From a virus (taxonomy: Duplodnaviria; Caudoviricetes), in IMG/VR virus record IMGVR_UViG_2721755486_000001, positions 96,001-160,000 of that record: 64,000 nucleotides of DNA; one strand, 5' to 3'. Below the pieces are notes generated by a model. It saw only the letters and a program-made list of their open reading frames with translations. It had not been told where the DNA came from and did not search any database. Position numbers and translations under genes: made by a program. Positions within the stretch are counted from its first letter, which is position 1, and each line of letters starts with the position of its first letter. Of this stretch, positions 56,659 to 64,000 are shown one piece after another.

Positions 56659-57429
56659 ATGAGTTCCGAAAAGGCGCGCCCAACGGTGGATGAGATCTAT
56701 GAGATCCTTAGGCGGACATCCCTTCCAACGGTCTTGGTGGAGGGGAAGGATGACATTATTTTTTACCGTTCTGTTGAGCATGAGTTACGTGATTTAGATG
56801 TTGATATGTTCCCGGCTGGTAATAAGGATGCTGTGCTTGAGCTTAGGAGGAGAATAAAAGAGAATCCCATATCGGCTCCGGTCGTTTTTGTTGTTGATAA
56901 TGATCTTTGGGTGTATTCGATTGCGGGGCGGCCGAGTGGCATAGAGGACCTTATTACTACAACGGGATATTCAATAGAGAACGATCTATTTATTGATGGC
57001 GATCTCGAGAGTTTTCTACGTCCCGATGAGGTGTCTGGATTTAAATCTGAATTAAAGCTGTTCTTGCGGTGGTATGCGCTTTCAATTAATAGAAATATTA
57101 ATGGGTTGCCGTCAAGTTTTCGCACGCATGCGGGCAAAGTTTTGGACGACAAGGCTTTCTATGAGGCGGAAATGACCCTGCAAGAGGGGGAGGTCTATCC
57201 GGAAGCGTTGCTCGAAGAAATTCAATCCAACTATGGCACCCTGCTGAGAGGGAAGTCACTGTTTGCTTTGCTCCTTCGCCAATTATCGGGAAAGAAGCGA
57301 GATGTGAAGTTTGGAGGTAAGCAATTGATGGAGATTGGGGCGTCTAGAAAGGGCTCTCATTTTCGGAGAATTCAGATCTCGGTGAGGAAATCTGTGGAGC
57401 AAGCCTTGGGTACTCTGCCGGTTTCGTAG
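56659..57429 (+). CDS. DUF4435/TOPRIM-like protein (PARIS AriB-like)
   Basis: VLVEGKDD, VVDND, YSIEN, RGK; 1 nt after the ATPase stop. Confidence 0.75.
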   Translation: MSSEKARPTVDEIYEILRRTSLPTVLVEGKDDIIFYRSVEHELRDLDVDMFPAGNKDAVLELRRRIKENPISAPVVFVVDNDLWVYSIAGRPSGIEDLITTTGYSIENDLFIDGDLESFLRPDEVSGFKSELKLFLRWYALSINRNINGLPSSFRTHAGKVLDDKAFYEAEMTLQEGEVYPEALLEEIQSNYGTLLRGKSLFALLLRQLSGKKRDVKFGGKQLMEIGASRKGSHFRRIQISVRKSVEQALGTLPVS

Positions 57430-57696
57430 CGGGTGCGCTGGTGGGGCCTCTAGGAACTCCGTTTTTGCAAATAATAAGTGTGCCTTCGTGCAGTCCGCAT
57501 TTGCGAAGCCACGTGCGACCCGCCTAGGCAGCTTCCACAATCCAATATGGGCCCGGAAGAGACGTCCGATCGGGGGGGCAATCCCCGTCTCGTCTCGGTT
57601 ATTCGCACCGCTGCCGCTGCATTATCCGTTGCTGATCTCGCAATGGTTGATCTCAGTAGCATCGCTTCGCGTGGATTGCATTGTCAACTCTGGAGG

Positions 57697-57966
57697 TCAA
57701 TTGCGCCGGCTTGTGTTGGGCGGTGGCGGCAGTTCTGAGACTGGACGCGTTTCGGCCCATTCTTCGAGCTCTCTAATGAGCCACCCGACCCGATGCTTCG
57801 ACAGAAGGCGAGGCTTCGGGAATGCTTCTTCGCGCACCAACTTCTGGACACTGGTTTCGGACAGGGCAACGATTGCGGCTGCCGTTGACAGGTCCACGTA
57901 GAGGGGCTTCGCAGAGACCGGCGAAATCGCTCTCCTCTTGCTTCTTGAGTCGCGTCCATTCGGCAT
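57697..57966 (-). CDS. AlpA-family excisionase/regulator
   Basis: LSETSVQKLVREEAFPKPRLLSKHRVGWLIRELEEW. Confidence 0.8.
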   Translation of the reverse strand: MPNGRDSRSKRRAISPVSAKPLYVDLSTAAAIVALSETSVQKLVREEAFPKPRLLSKHRVGWLIRELEEWAETRPVSELPPPPNTSRRN

Positions 57967-58013
57967 GGGCGACAGTGAGCTATCAGACGGCAGTGGGGCT
58001 GCGCAATTGACCG

Positions 58014-58523
58014 TCATTGCGCTACTCCAGATGGCGCCGAGGGTTGCATATCCGATACTCTCCAGCAAGTGTCCTGCGCTAGCCGACGGACTTCGCGCAC
58101 GTAGACGGCCGTCGGGCCTTCCTCACAGTCATAGATGGCCAGGCAGAACCACCCCTTGCCGGCGGGTGACTTTGGTGCCCAATCGGAGAAGTCGCCGGCA
58201 GGCCCGAGGTAGCGCTCACACGCTTTGGCGGGCAGCTCGTCGTCTTCCATCACAACAGACTTGACGTCGAAGCCATTGGCAAAGGCGAACCAATCCAGAC
58301 GGAAGTCTGCGCCGCGCTGCGCTGGCAGCGCCGGGTGGAAGAAGTAGCCGTGCTGGTCTCGTTCGACGGGTACGGGCTCCAACAGCGTGCGTACTGCTCC
58401 GGCAGCGCGAATGATGCGGGTGGCAATGTGTTCCAGATGCGTTGGGCGCATCCGGACGCTGCTCGGGCCTTCAAGAGTGCCGCCGGCGTTGGTGGCCATC
58501 TGCAGGAGGTCGAGGTTTTCCAT
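58014..58523 (-). CDS. Phage hypothetical protein
   Basis: GAGGAGG RBS; VERDQHGYFFHP, GWFCLAIYDCEEGP. Confidence 0.7.
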   Translation of the reverse strand: MENLDLLQMATNAGGTLEGPSSVRMRPTHLEHIATRIIRAAGAVRTLLEPVPVERDQHGYFFHPALPAQRGADFRLDWFAFANGFDVKSVVMEDDELPAKACERYLGPAGDFSDWAPKSPAGKGWFCLAIYDCEEGPTAVYVREVRRLAQDTCWRVSDMQPSAPSGVAQ

Positions 58524-58524
58524 G

Positions 58525-60684
58525 TCACACCTCCTCGGTAGCAGGTTCGGCCAGCAGCTCATCCAACGCTTTACCACTGGCCAGCGCGGTTTCTATCCAG
58601 GCCGGGCGCTTACCGCGCCCGCTCCAGGTGTTGCCGGCCTGGTCGCGGTACCGCACAGGGCGAAGCCGCGCCACCGGCTCGGTCGGAGGTGGGCTCGATT
58701 CTTCGGTGGCGTCTTCGGTCGAGGCGGTGGAGGGCTCCTGGTCTGGGAGCGCGGCAGCCGATGCGCCCGGGCCGCGGAGGATCGCCGGTAGCCAGCGGCG
58801 GCCGACCAGGCGCTCTTCGGCGGCGCCGATCTGCGTTTCCTTCTTCAAGCCGGCGATCGCGTCGGCGGCCTCCTGGCCGGCGGCCTCGCGCACCGCCTCG
58901 AGGCGGCGCGCCTTCGGTACGCTGGCCAGGTATGAACCTGCGGTCGGTGCCCACCAGTCGGCCATGTCCAGGTCGACTGCTGCGGCGAGACGGTGCGCCT
59001 TCGCGTGGCCGTGGGCGTCCTCGCGTTGCTCGACCGTATTGATGCTGTGGGCGACGCAGACGGCCAGGAGGTCGATCTTGTCGACGTGGCTCAGTTCCAG
59101 CAACCAGGGGAAGAGTTGATCGCGATCACGCGGCAGCCGCTCCTCCCACGCGCCGATCAGCTCGTCCATGCGCGTCCAGGCGGCGCACCCCTCTAGGTCG
59201 GGCGCCATGCCTTGCCCACAAGTACGAATGTTGGTCAGGGAAACCTTGGCCACTGAGTCGTAGCGCGCGAGATCGTCGACGGCGTCGAAAAGGGGAGGGA
59301 CCAGCGCATAGAGCAGTTCGGCCAAGGCGACGCACGGGTTGTCGGCGACCAGGGCCTGCAAGGCTGAAGTGCGATGGGCTGTCAGCTGCGTGACCAGGCG
59401 TTCGGACAGAGGGCGCAAGGCTTCCGGCTCGCCCTCGCCTGGCGCGGCAGTGGTTGCCCTACCGGCGTCGCCGGGGTCCGCGTCGCTGGGCTCGGCCGCT
59501 GTGGTGCTCTTGGCCTTCTTCTTGTTCTGCTCGGGCCTGATCAGGCCTCGGTGGATCGACAGTTCGCCCGTCATGTCGATTCGAACGATCACGCCGGCTT
59601 TGGCCTTCTGCCGGTCGGTGAAGATCTCGCGTCGCGCTTCCACCTCCTCAATGCGCGCCTCGACGCTGCCGAGTTCGGTCGACAGCGCTTCGTCCTCGAT
59701 GTCGAGCGCTTGGATCTTCTCGTCCAGCACCTTGGCTTGCGCCTGCAGCTCACCGAGTTCCGCCTGCTCCTCGTCCGTCAGGTCGCGCTTCTTCGGCTGG
59801 CTTTTGCCGAAGAGGGTCATGTCATGGAGGCTGATGCTCTCGTTGGCCTCGACCCAGCTCCAGCCCTCCTCGCGCACGCGCTCCGCAACACCTTCAAGTT
59901 TCTCCAGGGCCAAGCGTTTCAGGAGCGAGCCATCGCCGATGTACCCTCCGCCATCGCTGAACAGGTCACGGAGGACGGGACCTCCGGCCTCCTCGTAGGC
60001 ATCGAGGCCAACGAAGCGGGCAAGGCGGTCCGTCTTCGCATTGATGGCGCCTGGCTTGGCGATTGCCGCACGCAGCATGTCGGGGCGCGTCTGCCATTCA
60101 CCTTGGCTCTTGGCGCGCTTCCACACCTGTTCCTGCCAGGCGTGGTCGTCCGTGATAGCCAGCGCCATCAGTTGATCCAGGTTCAGCTCGCCATCGCGGT
60201 AGCCCTGCACCAGGCGCGGGGAGACGTTGGCTAGCTTGAGGCGGCGTTGCACAGTTAGCGGCGTCGCGCCGAAGCGTGCGGCGATTTCCTCGATCGAGCT
60301 GCCGCTATCGATCATGCGCTTGAAGGCATCGAACTCGTCGGCCGGGTGCATCGCCTCATGCATGTTGGCGGCTACGCTGATCTCCTCCGCCTGGTCGGGG
60401 TCGGCCACCATGCAGAGGAACTCGAAGGACTCTGGCAGCTCCCCGGTGCCGATCCTCAGGTGCGCACCCTCCAGGCGAGTGCCGCCGTCGATCACCTCGA
60501 AGGCGGGGGCGTTCTTCTTGCGGCTGACGTGCGGGATGATGGTCAGGTTCTCAATCTGACCATGGGCGACCAGGGAGGCGCCTATCTCACGCACGCGCTT
60601 GCGTGGCCGGTTGCGTTGGTTGCGCGGCGAGATGATCAGGTCGAGTGCGCGGATGTGAAGCAGGTCGCCAGGTTTGTGGCTCAT
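58525..60684 (-). CDS. ParB/Spo0J-family protein with C-terminal H-NS-like DNA-binding domain
   Basis: NQR..EVIDGGTRL..MHPADE..HTH; C-terminal YRDQAGNTWSGRGKRPAWI. Confidence 0.8.
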   Translation of the reverse strand: MSHKPGDLLHIRALDLIISPRNQRNRPRKRVREIGASLVAHGQIENLTIIPHVSRKKNAPAFEVIDGGTRLEGAHLRIGTGELPESFEFLCMVADPDQAEEISVAANMHEAMHPADEFDAFKRMIDSGSSIEEIAARFGATPLTVQRRLKLANVSPRLVQGYRDGELNLDQLMALAITDDHAWQEQVWKRAKSQGEWQTRPDMLRAAIAKPGAINAKTDRLARFVGLDAYEEAGGPVLRDLFSDGGGYIGDGSLLKRLALEKLEGVAERVREEGWSWVEANESISLHDMTLFGKSQPKKRDLTDEEQAELGELQAQAKVLDEKIQALDIEDEALSTELGSVEARIEEVEARREIFTDRQKAKAGVIVRIDMTGELSIHRGLIRPEQNKKKAKSTTAAEPSDADPGDAGRATTAAPGEGEPEALRPLSERLVTQLTAHRTSALQALVADNPCVALAELLYALVPPLFDAVDDLARYDSVAKVSLTNIRTCGQGMAPDLEGCAAWTRMDELIGAWEERLPRDRDQLFPWLLELSHVDKIDLLAVCVAHSINTVEQREDAHGHAKAHRLAAAVDLDMADWWAPTAGSYLASVPKARRLEAVREAAGQEAADAIAGLKKETQIGAAEERLVGRRWLPAILRGPGASAAALPDQEPSTASTEDATEESSPPPTEPVARLRPVRYRDQAGNTWSGRGKRPAWIETALASGKALDELLAEPATEEV

Positions 60685-60698
60685 ATCGGGCTCCGGGG

Positions 60699-61118
60699 TC
60701 AGTCGATGATGGTGTCGCCTTGCGCCTGCAGCTGAGCTTTGACGAGGGCGTGGGCGAGGTTGAAGGCGTCGAGGCGGGTCCGGCCGAGGGCGGATTCGAC
60801 GTGCGGGGCGGCGGCGCGTAGGGTCAGCTCGTCCAGCCGGCTCAGGGCCACCATGCCCGTCCGCTCCCAGCGGCCGAAAATGGCGGCCATGGCGCGGCGG
60901 GCGGAGTGGATCTGGATCAGCGCATCGGGCGCACGCTGTGCGGCGAGGGCTACGGCCAGCACGTCCAGGAGGCGCGTGAGCCGGTTATAGCTTTGGGTCG
61001 TGGGCGCGTGGATGAAGGCCACCAGGTCGGTGGCGAACGTCAGCCGCAGGCGCGGCTGGGACACGGTGGGCTTGGGTGGACGCACTCGGCGCGGATGGTG
61101 GAGATGGCGCGTGCTCAC
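60699..61118 (-). CDS. Phage hypothetical protein
   Basis: Overlaps the kinase stop; part of the leftward operon. Confidence 0.65.
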   Translation of the reverse strand: MSTRHLHHPRRVRPPKPTVSQPRLRLTFATDLVAFIHAPTTQSYNRLTRLLDVLAVALAAQRAPDALIQIHSARRAMAAIFGRWERTGMVALSRLDELTLRAAAPHVESALGRTRLDAFNLAHALVKAQLQAQGDTIID

Positions 61119-61657
61119 AGGCCACCTCCGGCGAAGGCCTTGTCGCCGACGATGCGGTCGAGTTGGTCGTAGAGCTGGAACAGGCTGCCATCGTTGTGGA
61201 TCTCCTGGTCGCCTTCACGAAGCTGCACGCCGGCTCCTGGAATGCGTGCGTGGGGGCTGGCGGCATCGGGCCGCACCAGGTGGATCAGGTAGCCGCCGCG
61301 GTCGCGGATCATGGCGGCTTCATCCTCGCCATCCACGTCGAGGAAGACGACATCGAGCCCCGCCAGGCTGTCCAGCTCGCGGGCCGCCAAGTCGGTCCAC
61401 AGCGAGGCCTTGACGTGCGAGCGGCCCCACTCGGTGCCCAGCGACTGCATCAGCTGGTGCGGCGAACGGCCGATCCAGTCGATGGCGTTGTGCTCGGCCG
61501 CCGGAGTGAAGTGGGCATCCGTCAGGCCAAGCCCGGCCTGCAGCATCTGGCGCAGGGGCGTGGCGAAGTCGAGAGGCAAGAAGCGGTGCGCTTCTGCCAG
61601 GTAGGCGGCAGCAGTTTCCTTGCCGGATCCTGTGCGGCCGGTCAGTCCAATCAGCAT
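61115..61657 (-). CDS. Deoxynucleoside monophosphate kinase
   Basis: IGLTGRTGSGKET, FATPLR, MQSLGTEWGR, IHNDG. Confidence 0.85.
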   Translation of the reverse strand: MLIGLTGRTGSGKETAAAYLAEAHRFLPLDFATPLRQMLQAGLGLTDAHFTPAAEHNAIDWIGRSPHQLMQSLGTEWGRSHVKASLWTDLAARELDSLAGLDVVFLDVDGEDEAAMIRDRGGYLIHLVRPDAASPHARIPGAGVQLREGDQEIHNDGSLFQLYDQLDRIVGDKAFAGGGL

Positions 61658-61666
61658 GGTCTCTCC

Positions 61667-61891
61667 TCAGTCGAGGTCGTTCGCCTGGCGGCGTTTGTGG
61701 TCGATGAAGTCGGGATCGAGCCGGGGCCGCGCCGGCTGGCGGCGGGCTTGCTCGCGAAGGAAGGCGCGGCGGCTGCGCGCCAGCTTTCTGCGGATCGCGG
61801 GGATCTCGACCTGCTCTTCGGGTCGGCCGGAGCCCTTCACGCGGAGGAACTCCGCGATCAGCTCGGCCTTCGAGATCCGGCGCGCTGTCAT
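61667..61891 (-). CDS. Small phage protein
   Basis: MTARRISK..DHKRRQAND; overlapping-gene operon. Confidence 0.55.
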   Translation of the reverse strand: MTARRISKAELIAEFLRVKGSGRPEEQVEIPAIRRKLARSRRAFLREQARRQPARPRLDPDFIDHKRRQANDLD

Positions 61892-62013
61892 GCCGGTACT
61901 GCCGTCACGCTGCGTGCGCCGCGGTCCAGGGCATCCAGGATCGCGTCGCAGGTGGAGCGGAACAGGCCGGAATAGGTGAGGCGGCCGTCGATGGTGACGT
62001 GGACGTGGATCAT
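61888..62013 (-). CDS. Small phage protein (41 aa)
   Basis: MIHVHVTIDGRLTYSGLFRSTCDAILDAL; ATGA overlaps on both sides. Confidence 0.55.
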   Translation of the reverse strand: MIHVHVTIDGRLTYSGLFRSTCDAILDALDRGARSVTAVPA

Positions 62014-62171
62014 GCCGACCTCCCATCCGAGGTGGGGCGGATCGCGCTGGCCGCTTCGTCCATGGCCGTGGCCAGGCAGGAGATGGCCACCAGTGCGATG
62101 GCGATCAGCGTGGCGACGAGGAGGCCGCGGTTGTTGCGCGTGATGCGCGCGTGGCGGTCGCGGGCGTTCAT
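62010..62171 (-). CDS. Small phage membrane protein
   Basis: MNARDRHAR..LLVATLIAIALVAISC; ATGA overlaps. Confidence 0.5.
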   Translation of the reverse strand: MNARDRHARITRNNRGLLVATLIAIALVAISCLATAMDEAASAIRPTSDGRSA

Positions 62172-62605
62172 GCCGTGGCCTCCGCCGGCGCGGCGAGCGC
62201 CGCCGCCGCTTCGCGATGGGCCTGCTCTAGGTCTGCGAGGCGTGTCATCACGCGGACGGTGAGGCGGCCCTTCTTGAAGTAGGCATTGGCCAGTTCGTAG
62301 TCATCGCGGCCGACGAATTTGAAGCCCGTGAGCAGCAGTGCGCGGCATAGCGCCCGCTCTTGAGCGACCGACATCCCTCCAAGCGAGAGCCTCAGTCTCT
62401 CGCGGAACACGGGGTAGGTGTGCTCGATGCAGATGTTGGCGCCGGCAGCCTTGATGGCCGGGAGGTCTGCCTCCAGCAGCGCCAGGGCCGCCGCCATGTC
62501 CTTAATTTCCAGTAGGCGCCCGCGGTGGCGGCGCTCCTCCATTGCCAGAGCCTGCTGCGGCAGGGGCATGGCCATGATCTGCTCGTAGGTCGGGTGCTTT
62601 GCCAT
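62168..62605 (-). CDS. Phage hypothetical protein
   Basis: AAGGAG RBS; first gene of the leftward operon. Confidence 0.7.
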   Translation of the reverse strand: MAKHPTYEQIMAMPLPQQALAMEERRHRGRLLEIKDMAAALALLEADLPAIKAAGANICIEHTYPVFRERLRLSLGGMSVAQERALCRALLLTGFKFVGRDDYELANAYFKKGRLTVRVMTRLADLEQAHREAAAALAAPAEATA

Positions 62606-62651
62606 TTCGGACTCCTTCCTCGCTTGGTCAATCGGGTCAGCCGTTCACTTG

Positions 62652-62667
62652 CGGCTAATATTAGCCG
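62652..62667. promoter_or_regulatory. Candidate phage repressor operator
   Basis: Perfect palindrome CGGCTAATATTAGCCG; CGGCTAATATT recurs at 63901, GGCTA half-sites at 62695 and 63877. Confidence 0.6.
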
Positions 62668-62831
62668 TGGGCTTTTGTTTTGACAATAGCCTTGGGCTAA
62701 TGATCTGGTGCTGAGAGGGAGGAGGGAACGGAAGAGGCTCGCTGAAGCGGGCTTCGGGCTGGGGCCTGCCCAGGTGGGGGCGGGCTCTGGCACGGACGTG
62801 TCTGATCAACAACTGAACTAAACTCGTCCGG

Positions 62832-63185
62832 ATGGACATCCAAGAAACGAGACGCAAGCGCCTTCGCCAATGGCTGGAGGGTCGGTCAGTCCCTCGACGG
62901 GAGAGGAGCTATTTTTCGCAACTCTTGGGCGGCTCAGCGTCGTTCGGCGAGCGCGCAGCTCGACGGCTTGAGCGTGACTACGGGATGGGGGACGGATTCC
63001 TTGACCAGGAGAGTCAAGAACACGCAGCGGCATGCTCGTCGGCGATAGACCTGGACGCACGGCCGCAGATGTCCGCATGGCCGTTTCAGCGCATTGCGAT
63101 CTCCGCGTACATGGCCCTTTGTGCCAAGACGCGCGAGGACATCGAGGACTACATCGAAATGAAGATCTCGAAGGAACGACGATGA
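62832..63185 (+). CDS. Phage repressor-like HTH protein
   Basis: SYFSQLL..SFGERAARRLE..GM..GFLD. Confidence 0.65.
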   Translation: MDIQETRRKRLRQWLEGRSVPRRERSYFSQLLGGSASFGERAARRLERDYGMGDGFLDQESQEHAAACSSAIDLDARPQMSAWPFQRIAISAYMALCAKTREDIEDYIEMKISKERR

Positions 63186-63352
63186 TCTCGGGTGTGGCAG
63201 TGAGCGCGTTGGCCGGCTTGATGCAGGCTCTACCGCATTGAAAGATCCCTGATCTGAGGCTTTGTTCTTATCGTTGTTACGTCGGGCCAGGCATGAATCG
63301 CTAGGGGCTTGTACTGTCCCGCCGAGCTTTCCACGCAGCTAGCTCGATCACC

Positions 63353-63799
63353 TCAGCCGGCGGACCTCGAGGCCGTCCGGTGGTGACTTGCTGCGACAAC
63401 CTTGATGGCCCCGAGGGCTTCGATACGCCCTTCGCGATCGAGGCCTTCAAGAATCGCAATCGCCTTGCGGATGTGAGGGTCCGGGTGCGCACTCCTTTGC
63501 GGGAGATCGAGCGGTGCCGGAGTACTTTGCTGCTGGTGATGATCTGGGCCCTCCGCATCAATGGACGTATGGGGGTTGTCAAACCACCCCAGTGGCAGGT
63601 CGCATCGCTGCTCGAAAGTCCTTGCTAGATCATCCCCAATCGTTCGTGGCTTGCCTGTGGCGCTGTGAACCGCGCGGGTCTTCAGTTGACTGATCTGGGC
63701 ATGGGACTTCCCCACCGCGTTTGCCAACGCTTGCACCGTTCCGAACTTGCCGATCAAGAGAAGCAGGTTCTCGTGTCGGATCTCGTCGATGGTCTTCAT
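63353..63799 (-). CDS. CI-like repressor
   Basis: IRHENL..QALANAVGKSHAQISQL..IGDDLARTFE..LPLGWFD; divergent from Cro. Confidence 0.75.
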   Translation of the reverse strand: MKTIDEIRHENLLLLIGKFGTVQALANAVGKSHAQISQLKTRAVHSATGKPRTIGDDLARTFEQRCDLPLGWFDNPHTSIDAEGPDHHQQQSTPAPLDLPQRSAHPDPHIRKAIAILEGLDREGRIEALGAIKVVAASHHRTASRSAG

Positions 63800-63917
63800 T
63801 TGGATGCTGGCGATGTCGCTGATCAGTAGGTCAGGACGATTAGATAGCCGCCAGCTAACAAATGGAATGTGCTGTAGGCTATTGGCAAAATGAAAGCCGG
63901 CGGCTAATATTCGGGGC

Positions 63918-64000
63918 ATGGATCTGAGAACCTATCTTCGTGCCGAGCGGGGGAGGGCGGCCGAGCTAGCGCGGCATCTTGGAGTAACGCCGACGACCGT
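63918..64000 (+). CDS. Cro/YdaS-like regulator (partial)
   Basis: MDLRTYLRAERGRAAELARHLGVTPTT. Confidence 0.7.
   Translation, partial: MDLRTYLRAERGRAAELARHLGVTPTT

Larger units (their letters stand above)
53701..64000. mobile_element. Prophage left end (integration, early and immunity region)
   Basis: Integrase, AlpA, dNMP kinase, leftward early operon, divergent CI/Cro. Confidence 0.8.

Overview
GC-rich, probably betaproteobacterial window made of two mobile elements joined at an att-like core that encodes the MutS N-terminal motif HTPMMQ (53701-53717). (1) 1-~53.7 kb is the right part of a mobilizable or conjugative island. It carries a MOBF relaxase-helicase, two VirD4/TrwB-type ATPases (one fused to an exonuclease VII large-subunit-like domain), ParA plus tandem-RHH proteins, and dozens of small unknown genes in cassettes behind repeated promoter/leader elements. 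Its cargo block holds PAAR/VRR-Nuc/DUF3396, SRAP, a retron-type RT fused to a trypsin-like protease with a predicted msr-msd RNA, an XRE regulator and two GIY-YIG proteins. No mating-pore (VirB) genes are visible. (2) ~53.7-64 kb is the left end of a prophage: integrase, PARIS-like ATPase+DUF4435 pair, AlpA, ParB-H-NS fusion, dNMP kinase, CI/Cro. The most unusual signals are 22 exact plus 5 one-mismatch copies (counted by eye) of GTGCC-N2-GGCAC confined to the island, six unrelated proteins sharing a C-terminal [ED]xxxLxx-hh...RxR[LMV]-stop tail (candidate export tag), the VirD4-ExoVII fusion, and the RT-protease retron. All calls come from reading motifs by eye; no database searches were run.
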